Assembly: GCA_002269645.1 (NCBI GenBank) | Contig: NIVC01000729.1 | Span: 10,697-74,696, forward strand | Direction: 5' to 3' | From: Macrostomum lignano | Taxonomy: Eukaryota | DNA: 64,000 bases | Shown: positions 22,629 through 53,789 of the stretch, piece after piece | How positions within the stretch are numbered: the first letter of the stretch is position 1 | How the letters are laid out: each line of letters begins with the position of its first letter | The notes under the pieces: model-generated | Database searches by the model: none | Seen by the model: the letters and a program-made list of their open reading frames with translations, nothing else | Told to the model about the DNA's origin: nothing | Position numbers and translations under genes: made by a program

Positions 22629-23967
22629 TGTTGTGACCCGGGTCGGCTTGGGTGCCCAGTCCCGAGTACAATATATATTATATGTGATATAACAGGCGTT
22701 GTGACGCTCTGTCTGTACTTTTATGAATACGACGAGCAGGCGTGGCGACGCTCTGCGATAATAATTCGATCCCTCTGGTGTTGTGACACTCAGAGTTCAC
22801 GCTGCGGCTCGAGGTGTGGTGACACTCTCGAGTGCTTCTATTCTCTATACCGTAGGGCGTACGCAATATATATGGTAAACGGTACCGTACTACAGAAGCT
22901 ATATGGTCTCCCGGCGTTATGACGCTCTGGCAAGAATTCGGCCTAGCAAGCTTCCCGAAAAGAAAGGACTCAAACAGCAGGCGGCTTACCAGTGGCCAGA
23001 TGACTGTTCACCGTTTATTATTCGCAGGTCTCAAGCGCAGTTTCCGACTTCTTCTTAATTCTCCAAGACTCTTCTCGATTAGGCTATTGTGTTTCTTTTA
23101 TCCAAGTAGCTAATGTTGCTGTTTCTTTTATCGAAGTAGCTAATGTTGCTGTTTCTTTTATCCAAGTAGCTAATGTTGCTGTTTCTTTTATCGAAGTAGC
23201 TAATGTTGCTGTTTCTTTTATCGAAGTAGCTAATGTTGCTGTTTCTTTTATCGAAGTAGCTAATGTTGCTGTTTCTTTTATCCAAGTAGCTAATGTTGCT
23301 GTTTCTTTTATCGAAGTAGCTAATGTTGCTGTTTCTTTTATCCAAGTAGCTAATGTTGCTGTTTCTTTTATCGAAGTAGCTAATGTTGCTGTTTCTTTTA
23401 TCGAAGTAGCTAATGTTGCTGTTTCTTTTATCGAAGTAGCTAATGTTGCTGTTTCTTTTATCGAAGTAGCTAATGTTGCTGTTTCTTTTATCGAAGTAGC
23501 TAATGTTGCTGTTTCTTTTATCCAAGTAGCTAATGTTGCTGTTTCTTTTATCAGGTCTCGCGCTTGCACTCTCGGAGCACACCAAAACACAAAAAGCACG
23601 CAGGAGGTGGGCAAGAGCCAGAGTCGCACCATAAATAGCACCCAAACCCTGGGGCAGACGGCCCCACCGGCTAAGCTCACCAAAACAAACCACGCCGGCC
23701 CAGCCAATCAAAACCCCGCCTAAGGGGGGAGGGGCTGCACCCGCGCCAAAGCTGGCCCGGCCGCAGCCAACCAGCCCTGAGCACGGGGCAGGGCACGGCT
23801 GGGGAGGGGCACGCGCAAAGCCCGGCCGGCGGCCAAACCCTGCCACGCCCGCCAACCCCCCCAACCAGCCCCAAAGTGCAACGCGCCCTGCCAACTGACA
23901 AGGGCGCATGCACTACAATATTGTCAACAGAAAGTAATAAAAAAACAGTGGCAACCCGCCTGCCACA
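22629..23967 (-). mobile_element. Solo LTR (Gypsy-like), 1339 bp
   Basis: TG...CA termini; 4-bp TSD ATAT at 22625-22628 and 23968-23971. On the minus strand: GC-rich U3 with a CCAAT-type box, TATTTAT, repeat array, AATAAA (~23013), then U5. Confidence 0.8.
23091..23552 (+). repeat. 30-bp tandem array (15.4 copies) inside the LTR
   Basis: GTTTCTTTTATC[C/G]AAGTAGCTAATGTTGCT units visible. Confidence 0.97.
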
Positions 23968-24122
23968 ATATAATCTGTATGCCGCGCAATGTGGCAATAT
24001 ATTAAAACGAAATTATTCATGATTATTAATTTAACCAGCAGACCTTTATCGCTTTTAATAGCCTACATTACATCTATCTATAATATGAATAGCAATAATC
24101 GACGAGTCAACCATATTTAAGC

Positions 24123-24821
24123 CAAGTACGACTTAAGTAGAAGGACGGGAAACCTCGTTTCTTAGAAAAGTTTTGAAGGCACTTTTTCCCGAAAAAATAC
24201 ACTACGGAGATAGGAAGTTTTCATTTTTTCAGCACAAAAATTATTATTGCGTTTGATAGGAGGCAGATCCAGTGTTGATCTTTTGATATGTTGTGCCTTT
24301 TTTATTGCTCTATCGATATTTATAAAGCTTTTCGTTCAGAAAATCAGGATTCTATGTTAATTTTTTATTCTACGTATTTTTCCTGTATCTAAAAATCACA
24401 AAAATGCATGACACAGCTCCAATATTAGGTTTTATGAACCTATTTTATCATCTCTGTTACAAATATTTGCTACACAGTCGGGTAAGAATGACAAAATAGA
24501 CTCATAAAACCAAAGAGCCGAGCCGTGGCATTCTAATGTATTTCAAGCACAAGACACGCGAAAATATACGTAGAATAAAAAATTAACATAGAATCCTGAT
24601 TTTCTGAACGAAAAGCTTTATCAATATCGATAGAGCAATAAAAAAGGCACAACATATCAAAAGACGAACGCTGGATCTGCCTCATATCAAACGCAATAAC
24701 AATTTTTGTGCTGAAAAAATGAAAACTTCCTATCTCCGTAGTGTATTTTTTTCGGGAAAAAGTGCCTTCAAAACTTTTCTAAGAAACGAGGTTTCCCGTC
24801 CTTCTACTTAAGTCGTCCTTG
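24123..24821. mobile_element. MITE with ~260-bp TIRs and 8-bp TSD (hAT or P superfamily), 699 bp
   Basis: Ends CAAG[T/G]ACGACTTAAGTAGAAGG; TSD ATTTAAGC at 24115-24122 and 24822-24829. Confidence 0.85.
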
Positions 24822-26984
24822 ATTTAAGCCCTATTGCTTATTCATTGTTATATTGTAGTATATTTAATTGTGATGAAAGTTGCTTGGATCTAAGGAATTC
24901 TAAACCTAGCAAGTCTGGAATAGACTCTCACAGAGAGGGAGGAAAAACCGATACCAAATAGGGCCGCCCAAAAAGGCTCCTCCCTTGCTTCCCAAATCCC
25001 TACCGTCTTTCCTGAGCCTGCTTGCCTAGGCCGTGTGACGTTGTCAGTTTAAGGTGGTCCCGCAAAAGGGCCGTTGGACTACAATTTCACTACAATTTCT
25101 CATTTAATATTCTCCAATCGTGTATTCTCACGTTTACTTGTAGTAGCGCCCAACGAATCTGTATCAATTGCTAATCATTGCGTACATGGTAATCTTTGCG
25201 TACGTCTGTAGGGTCTCGCGCGATCAATAATTTCAGTTCTCGCTTTTCCCCCGCCAGCCAATGAAAACTCTCCGCATTTATTATGCTTACCTCCCTGCGC
25301 TCCTTTATTAACCCCGCCTGGCGGCGGGCTTCGGGGTTTGCTCGCTCGCTCCGCTCTCTTTCCTTCGTGCTCTCCCTCTGGCCTTCGTTCGTTTCTCCTT
25401 CATCTCTCGCCACGGCCCCACCCTGTCTGGGCCAGACTTGTTTACGCATTCGTGCTCCACCTTGTACTGCCACGGGCTAGCGCCCAATCACGCCACTACT
25501 TGTCTACTTGCTACTCACCGCCACCACCGTACTCAGCGCCATCACTTGCACTTTGCTTCACCATCATCCTTCATCATCTGCTTGACTTCTAACTTCAATT
25601 ACATCGACCCGTTGTTGCAGCCGCCAGTGCCCCTGAACGCTATAACTCTTGTATTGACATTAATCATATTGACAACGACAATAACTTGATTCTTAAATCA
25701 CTTTACCAGAAGTAGCCAGTACAAAAAAATAAATTCAAAGTGATTAATTAACCTCTGCAAACTTAGCGTTTTTTGTGACGCCAATAATTATCGTAGCATA
25801 TCATAAGATGTGTTGTTGTTGTTATTGTTATACTATATATTTTGTACACAAGTAAATCTACGAGTATAGGTTGAAATATTTAGACAGATAGAAATAGAAA
25901 CACGCAAGAGTATGATCTGCCAATAGAAAAACAGTGTTGATTCAGGATCCCTATGGAACTCGGTGTGCCGTCAATACGTAATAATTAAAAGATATTTAAT
26001 TATGAAATTCAATAGGCCAAAAGTTCGTCATAACACGACCACAACAGAATCTAAATTGCTACAAGCACGACAGTCAGTTAAAAGGGGAGGGGGGCGATGA
26101 AAGTTCAAATAAAATAGCTTTGCAAATAACAAAGAATATCTCTGTGTTGTCTTAGACCCTGATACACTGTAAATGAATTTGGGGTGCAGCTTAATGTCAC
26201 TGCCGACTCGTCAACATGCTGGTAGAAATTGGCACTGCGAGTGACTTAAAAGCAGGGAGTCTCCTTGATAGCATTTTTAACCGCTTATTGAGAAGTTCCT
26301 GAGACTGCGGCTGTTCGCTGGTTTCAGTGCAGTATTTGAGTACAGATTTTGAGATGCAATTTTAAGACAAAATTATTATTTTATAACAGATTGCAAAATA
26401 ATAGAATGGCGGGAATCTAAAACTACAGGTTGTCACTCTGCGGGTCAGCAAAGCGGGTTTTCAAACTCTCAATCAGGCAATCGACCAATCAATAATAACA
26501 GGATCATGCGAGCTAATCTATCAAAGTAATAAATTATGTCAGCAAGCCAGGTTTATAATCCTAGGTGCATTGCGTCAGTGGACATTTAATTGAGATTACA
26601 GCGTAAAAAATACTGCTCCGCCGGGCCCGCTTATAAAACACACAGCGTTATAATCACTCAAATAAATATTGAACAGATAAGAACGAAGCAAACAGTGCTA
26701 AACTCTATATTAACTACTGGCATCAGTAGTGCATTTCAATCGGTTCTGTTTACATTAAATTTTTTTACATTAGAAAATTAGATTAGATTTTAGTTCCAGA
26801 TCTCACTTTCTTGTCCTAGATCCTATTTGCAAGACTCAAATCCCGATTTTTGTAGCCAGATTTTTAATTTAAGTCCGAGATCCCAAATCCCGAATCCCAG
26901 CTATTTTAGCTCCTAGTCCAAGGTTTTAAACCAAAACTCGATGTTTTAAGCCCAGGTGCCATATTAGAATCTCAGATTCCATAT

Positions 26985-27262
26985 TCAAATCCCAGATCCC
27001 AAATTTGAATCCCAGATCCCAAATTTGAATCCCAGATCCGAAATTTGAATCCCAGATCCCGAATTTGAATCCCAGATCCCAAATTTGAATCCCAGATCCC
27101 AAATTTGAATCCCAGATCCCAAATTTGAATCCCAGATCCCAAATTTGAATCCCAGATCCCAAATTCGAATCCCAGATCCCAAATTTGAATCCCAGATCCC
27201 AAATTTGAATCCCAGATCCCAAATTTGAATCCCAGATCCCAAATTTGAATCCCAGATCCCAG
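26985..27262 (+). repeat. 20-bp minisatellite (AAATTTGAATCCCAGATCCC)n
   Basis: Visible tandem array. Confidence 0.95.
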
Positions 27263-27472
27263 CTATTCTCAGCGCTATCATGACAGATAAGAAGCGATTA
27301 GGCTTACTAATTCAGCGCAAACAAACAAACTGTATTATTAAACAGCAAGAGCATACGAAATTCTGAAGACAACTAAACAAAACGAAACAAATATTCGAAC
27401 CTCCAGATTCGAGCTTCAACCTCAATGGGACAAAAACTGTCTTGAAAACAACAGAAGCGACTGACTCGCTGA

Positions 27473-46154
<18,682 letters not shown>

Positions 46155-46338
46155 TGCGTTGCGTAGTTTTTTGTTGCTTTCTCTATTTTGTTACTGATAG
46201 CAATCTAAACTGGCTTACACAACTTCGGAGTTTTTTAGCCGGAAATAATTCAAGGAATGCAGGCGAGAGAGGGAAGCGGCGGCGCATATGCTGAACCGGG
46301 CAGCGAGATGAGGCGTCATTTTGCGCTCGGCAGGCAGG

Positions 46339-46378
46339 TTTTATATAGGCGCGGATTGTGAGCGAGGCCAATTGGCCA
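46339..46378 (-). promoter_or_regulatory. Putative MXD core promoter (TATATAAAA box and CCAAT palindrome)
   Basis: Minus-strand TATATAAAA at ~46339-46347, ~190 bp upstream of the ATG; GGCCAATTGGCC at ~46366-46377. Confidence 0.55.
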
Positions 46379-49300
46379 GGCGTAATGGATTTCCTTGTAG
46401 CTAAAAATAGCTTCTAAACTAGAGGGTGCGCGCAGAGTACGCTTTAAATCATATGATTTTCAAGGCCGGATCAATGAACGCCCGGGTGAAGGGAGGTGTA
46501 GGGCGAATGGAAAGCGGCGGAGTAGAATGGTCATAAAAAGACGCCCGATATGGCTCACGTGACGCATTTACTCTAAACATAACGAATGGATGGGCTGAAC
46601 CAGAGCATGGGCTGTCCAATGAACATCAAGGGTCAATGCGGTCGAATTGTCCTGTACAGTTTGATAGAACTTGAATAGAACAACTTCCCCCACCCCTTAT
46701 TTTCCTGTTTCAGCATTTACCCCACTACCCAGTCGTACGCGAAACGGCACGCGTACATTGCAAGCAGCTTTCCCAGCCCAGCGCGACCGCAAGTGTACGC
46801 AGAGAGTTATGCGCGCACCCACCCACCCCACCCTCCTCCGCGTGCTTGTCACGTGGGTTTTCAGCTGGGTAAGGAAGGGAGGGGGCTTTTAAGGCTATCA
46901 TTCTCTCTCTAGCGCGCAAGTGTTCCCGCTGCTTCAGGAAGTGAGGAAGGAGAGGGCTAAGTCAGGGCAGGCAGGCTAGCTCTCTTTCCCTAAGCCCGAT
47001 TCGCCAGTTCCTCAACCCTTCTTTGCCCTGACTTGTCCCTCCATTTTCCTTCCTAACTAACTAACAAGGCCGCAAGGCCGTTCAAACTTAGCAAGTTTAT
47101 AGTGAGAGAGACGATTCTTTGTACCGCACACCACACCCTGCAGCTTTAGCTCAGCTGAATCGGCCCCTATTCCCAACCGCAGCAGTCCAACCAGAGAAAT
47201 AACTAATTCCCATCCGATCGGGCGGGGATACGGCCATGCCGTGTGCCCACGCTTGCTTTGCTTTTGCGCTGACAGGTTATGGTGTTACAAATAGGGCTTT
47301 TGGCTTTATGGGGTTTGAATAGGTTGAATCAATGCAACAAAAAAGTCAAAAAGCTTTCATTTGAGCGATTATAGAAAGTGCCGTGAGCTCGTACAGATAG
47401 ATAGATATAGCTAAACTGTTACCTGCTGCAAGGCAAAGTTTGGGTGGAAGACAGAAGATAGGGTCTGTGAAGGTCCTACACTAGAGCGATACGCAAATAC
47501 ACTCAATAATTCCTGCCTTGTACGTGCTAAACAAACTACGCGTATAACCACGGTTTTAATAATATATTGATTGATTCACGTATACCTACCCTACCCACAC
47601 GCGCAACTGTACTAAGTGCTAACCAACGAGTGTACGAAGTTGCGCCTCCTTTACTCGTGTACTTTTATCAGTAGGTTCTGCTAAATCTACTACTCGTAAT
47701 ATGGTAATATAGTTGCCTGTTCCCTATAGCCCTTCACGAAATGAACGCATGACTGCATTAAAATGAAAAGTACACATACGAGTCCCTTAGTCTATGTGCA
47801 TTGTACTTTTATGTGTTACCAGATCGGTATTATCGGAGGAGGGCCTTTGCTAGTCCTTATGATTATGAGCATCACCACCATGGCGGTAGCGGGGGGGGGC
47901 AGCCGCTAGTCCATTGACAATGAGAGCTCTATTACAATACAAATCTATTTATTCAACCTTATTTCACGCACGCACTACTAAGTGCAAAATACATCCATGC
48001 GCTTGTACTTGCGTACTTTTACTATACTAATAGCTCTTACTAAAAACTATACCCGTTCCCTACCGGTTCACGAACTGGACGCATGGCCATTAAGTTTAAA
48101 AGTACATATAACACACGCTCCAACGTACGTCAAGCGCACTTTCGCATTTAACAGAACGGTTCAGAGTTTTCTACAACATTTCTCTCTGAAGACTAAGCTC
48201 ACTCGCTTCTTCCTTCGCTGAAGCCAACAAACCCATGACAATTATTAGCATAAATTTAAACTAATAGAATACCCAAGAGTTGACCGAATTCTAGTCCAGC
48301 TTGTGCAACCTCTGCACAAGTACGATTGCTAGTACGGTAATAAATAGTATAAAATCAAAATGTATCCTAATTGCTGACCGAACTGAGTTTTCACACATCT
48401 ATTCTCCCAAACTGGTGATAACCTACCGTCCAAACCTATCTACCTCTCTAACTGACTACCTATATATCTTCTTACCTATCTATCCAAACTATCAACCTAC
48501 CTACCTACCAAATTATTCCTTACTGGGACTCTACATTTAATCTAGGGCCCGCAAAGGCTCTCTATTCGGCTGTCGGGTACTTTCAGACTTCACAATAGCA
48601 ATCCGGCCCGGTCAAGGTCTGTGTCTTGTCTCCCTTCTCGGCTCCCTTCTCTCGGATTTCCTATAGTTTTTATTTTCTCTCCTCTCTCTCCTCTCTTCTC
48701 CTCTCCTCTCCTCTCCTATCCTTTCCTCTCGTCGTCTCTCTCTCCTATCTCTTCTCTATTCTCTATTCCCTCTCCACTTCCCCCTCCTCGAGTGCGCTGG
48801 GTTCTCTGGCCCTTGACGTAAGAAGTTTGCCGACCCCCGATCTACGCTCGTAGGTGCTTATAAAGCCTTTACTGCTCTTATGAGCCTTCCTACCTCGAAT
48901 CGACCTTATTCTTATATCAAACAATTCTTGACGTGTCATATTAGCACACAAATAGACTATAGTTATCTGTCTCTCCTCGCCTCTTTAACACCGCATGCTA
49001 GTCGGTAAACAGCGGAGTCCCAGCCAGAATTCGTATTTAGCAGTATAATACTGTCTTCTATAAAACTCCAAACTTCCGAAGGCCAGGCAGCTATGCGATA
49101 TCCGATCATCAAACTGTGTGTTGTGAAACTGGAGCTGGCTAGCAGTACCCAGCCCAAGATGCACAAGGCCATCAGAGAAGAATGTAGTAAGCCACGCCCA
49201 AGGTTGAGGCTTGGTCTCAAGAACAGTGCCCATTGTTCTGTAGTGTGGCAAAGCAAACACAAGCGTTTAGGCCAAGATCTACTCTGTTTCAATGCGTTCG

Positions 49301-49639
49301 CGTAGCTTTCAGTTCTAAATAGGATTGCTTTGAAGCAAACGGCGAGGCGGGCTCCGTCAAATGCGATATGAGACGCATGCAATGTGGCGCGTCACTCATG
49401 CTTTGCATTGAAAAGCCTGGCACGCCAAGTCGCTGCGCTGTGCAATAAAATATTACAGATTTTTGCATGCTACTGCTCGTGCTCAGCAAGAAATGCAACG
49501 CTCCGGATTTTAATCTCCAGGACATGACTTCCAGGGCAGGTTGGGGATGCGGATTAAGATTTTGCCTCAGATCGACATAGGCTTAAGGCTTAGCGAAGGC
49601 TAGGATTGAGAGAGGGAGAGATAGAACAAGGGAGAGGCG

Positions 49640-50432
<793 letters not shown>

Positions 50433-51477
50433 TGTCCACGAACTGTCCATTAATCCGAAGGAGAGGCAGGAGCGCCAATTGATTCCTCATATCCGGCCCT
50501 GTCACTCTCCCATCTCGAGCTGCTGTGCTGCCAGCCAGCATGTCTCAGGGAAACTTGATCCTTTCCTTGCTTTCAGTCGTGGGCCGCGCCCCCCTCCCCC
50601 ACCGCCGGCCCTCCATGCCTCGCGGAGTCGAATGGCTTCAATCCCGCATCTGCTAGCAGCCGGCCTGCATGCCAGAAGCAGCGTGGCACCCGGTCGTATC
50701 ATACATGCATGTAGCTACATAGAAGAAGGCAAACATTTATTCTGCACAAGAAATTTGGCGTTTTTTTCTTGAACTTTCCTTTGGCTGACTCAGAGCAGAG
50801 CCTGTAGGCCATCAGAAGCGAGTAGCAAAAGTGAATGCAAAGCGTTAGAATGCAAAGGCACACTCTAAACGTGTTTTTCTCTGCCTTGGTTAGCAACCAC
50901 TTCAGTCGCTGTGTTTCTCACGTTTGTTTTACTAATCTGTTTTCTCTGCATGGCTAGTATTGCTTCTGGTTTGTCAATATTTCTGGCTGTAGGAGTTTTC
51001 AACTTGTTGCTTAATACTATATTTATTAATCAAAGCTCCTGGTTCCTCGCGTAGTTTGATTTGTTCAGCTTCCCTGCGGGGGCCTTAATTATAAGTGACC
51101 TAAAACTCGTTTGTTTATAAGAAACAATCGAGTGACTCGGCCTCATTAGCATTCTGAGCGTTCTGTAACTGACCAATTAATTGGATTGGATCGAAGCAAG
51201 ACTAGCAAAACTTGACCAGGGGCGGCTTCCCTAATGTAATCCTGCAATATGGGCCTTGTTTAAATTCACATACACATACAGAAAACACTTGAAAATCAGT
51301 CAGGAAAATGAACTGATCAAGTTTTTTAGAACCGCAGAACGCGCTTATGATCTGTGATGCAATTTGTCATGTGGAAACCAGAATCTATAGCCAGTTATTG
51401 ATAAAACACACTTAACAGGTGATCAGTGACTTCCATCTGCAGCTAGATATGTGCTGTTAGACAAGCCTAATTTGTTC

Positions 51478-51995
51478 ACCTTTGTGTACGCAATTCACCT
51501 GTTAGACACGTAACCTCACCTGTTAGACACTTAATAACCTCACCCGTTAGACACCTAACCTCAGGTGTTAGACACCTAACCTCAGGTGTTAGACACCTAA
51601 CCTCAGGTGTTAGACATGTAGCCTCACCTGTTAGACATGTAACCCCATCTGTTAGACATGTAACCTCACCTGTTAGACATGTAACCCCATCTGTTAGACA
51701 TGTAACCTCACCTGTTAGACATGTAACCTCACCTGTTTGACACTTAATAACCTCACCTGTTTGACACTTAATAACCTCACCCGTTAGACACCTAACCTCA
51801 GGTGTTAGACACCTAACCTCAGGTGTTAGACATGTAGCCTCACCTGTTAGACATGTAACCCCATCTGTTAGACATGTAACCTCACCTGTTAGACACGCAA
51901 CTTCACCTGTTAGACACTCAAATTCACCTGTTAGGCACTCAAATTCACCTGTTAGACACTCAACTTCACCTGTTAGATACTCAAATTCACCTGTT
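51478..51995 (+). repeat. 21-bp minisatellite (CACCTGTTAGACATGTAACCT)n
   Basis: Visible. Confidence 0.93.
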
Positions 51996-52917
51996 AGACA
52001 TGCAAATTGATCTAATAAACACAACTTCACTTTGAACAGCAGCCCACACCCGTGAGACAAACTGTTCCAAAGTCTAACTGGCAAAGTAACTAACTTGAAA
52101 AAATAACTACGCTCGTAACAGGTAAATGTGTTCTAGAGTGTAAAGTCACTTCACTTATCAAGAGAATGTAAACTTATCAAAAAAAAATTAACAAACATTA
52201 TTATTCTACTGTTAGTAAAACATTTTGCGCATGCCTGCGATAAGAATGACGTAAATACTCTCCATGTACATTATTAGTCCGGTTAGTATTACATGAAAAA
52301 AGCTATTTTTAGGTGCAAAAACACAAATTCTGTTGCTAAAATGGTTAAAAATCTGCTGTCGGCAGTTTTTAAAAGATATTTTTAGCAAGTACGAGCGTAC
52401 CGGTAAATTCACAGTGACGTAAACTGTTTTTGCTTCTATATGCTCATGGAATTACATTTTTTTGGTTTTTGAAACTTAACTTTCTAAATTAGTACCTGCG
52501 TTAAACTTCTCATGCAAATTGAAAGAACTTTTTCACTTGAAACAGATTTTGTACGCAAATTTTCAAATAATTTTAGCGTTACAAATTAATCTAAAATAGT
52601 TTGGGCTCAAAATAATTTTCACTCATATCAAAATTTTTTGGCACTCTTTATAATTCAGTTTTGCATTGTGCTACTTTATATCCAGTTGCATGCAGACCCA
52701 ACAGGACCAACAGGACCAAATTGTCAAACTTCAATTATTGGAAATATTGATAACAATATAGTCAGAATCCTCAGGCGCGTCGGCACCGGGGGAGACGGGG
52801 ACATGTCCCCCAAGTAAAAGCTGATGGGGGACATGCCAATGCTTTGTGCCCCCACCCCGCCTTGTGACCAGTTGTGGTAATCAATAATTTTTCTTCAGGG
52901 TACCAAAATATAGCGCT

Positions 52918-53250
52918 TTCGGCGCCAAAATGAGTGCCTGTGGCGCTAAAAGGAGTGCCTGTGGCGCTAAAATGAGTGCCTGTGGCGCTAAAATGAGTGC
53001 CTGTGGTGCTTAAATGAGTGCCTGCGGCGCTAAAATGAGTGCCTGCTCGCTAAAATGAGTGCCTGCGGCGCTAAAATGAGTGCCTGCGGCGCCAAAATGA
53101 GTGCCTGCGGCGCTAAAATGAGTGCCTGCGGCGCCAAAATGAGTGCCTGCGGCGCTAAAATGAGTGCCTGCGGCGCCAAAATGAGTGCCTGTGGCGCTAA
53201 AAGGAGTGCTTGCGGCGCTAAAATGAGTGCCTGCGGCGCTAAAATGAGCG
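52918..53250 (+). repeat. 21-bp minisatellite (GCGCTAAAATGAGTGCCTGCG)n
   Basis: Visible. Confidence 0.95.
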
Positions 53251-53789
53251 CAGAGAACACGTTTCTCAAAATATTGGAAATGTTGAAATTTAGTCATGTA
53301 CCATGTACATGTTGAATTCTTGGCTTTGTCCCCCTTCCACCATAAAATCCATGGCGTTGCCCTTGGAATACTTTTATAACATTTTCAGTTTATTTACCTA
53401 ACAGACATGCCAAAAAATTCTTGGCTTTGAAACTGTACAATCGGGAACTTACAGCAAAAAAATATAAGAACTCAATTTTACGAGTACTTAATGTTCTAAT
53501 CAGTTATTTTACATGAATTATGCATTAATTAAAACTCAACGGCAACAGAGAGTCACTGGAAGTATAAATAAGCATCATTCAATACGAAATATGAGAATAT
53601 TCAAGAGTGAAAAGTAGATATAAACCTACAATTGTCTAGAGCTGATATTTTTCTGAGAACCTATCAGACCCAAACCATATAATTAAAGCGTATTGTAGAT
53701 CTGAACCTTTTTAATAATTTACCACAGATTCAATGAAAGCTCAATTAAAAAGGCAGTTTTATAGCAAAAAGTTAATATTCAGTCTGACA

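Noticed and set aside
22629-23552. CRISPR-like appearance of the repeat-spacer motif and the 30-bp array
   Set aside because: Repeats are 15 bp and degenerate with irregular spacers, or have no spacers; eukaryotic LTR context and no cas genes.
22450-24020. Short minus-strand ORF (~75 aa) restored by removing the solo LTR
   Set aside because: No recognisable motif; AT-rich and short enough to occur by chance.
25139-25680. Possible third solo LTR (TGTAG start, promoter-like content)
   Set aside because: No TG..CA pair with a matching TSD could be found.
48963-49525. Overlapping 70-139-aa ORFs
   Set aside because: No motif, start context or splice structure recognised.
52772-53364. hAT-like MITE around the 21-bp array (CAGGCGCGTCGGCA ... 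GCGTTGCCCTTG)
   Set aside because: Ends match at only ~9/14 positions and the candidate TSD has mismatches; plausible but not supportable.
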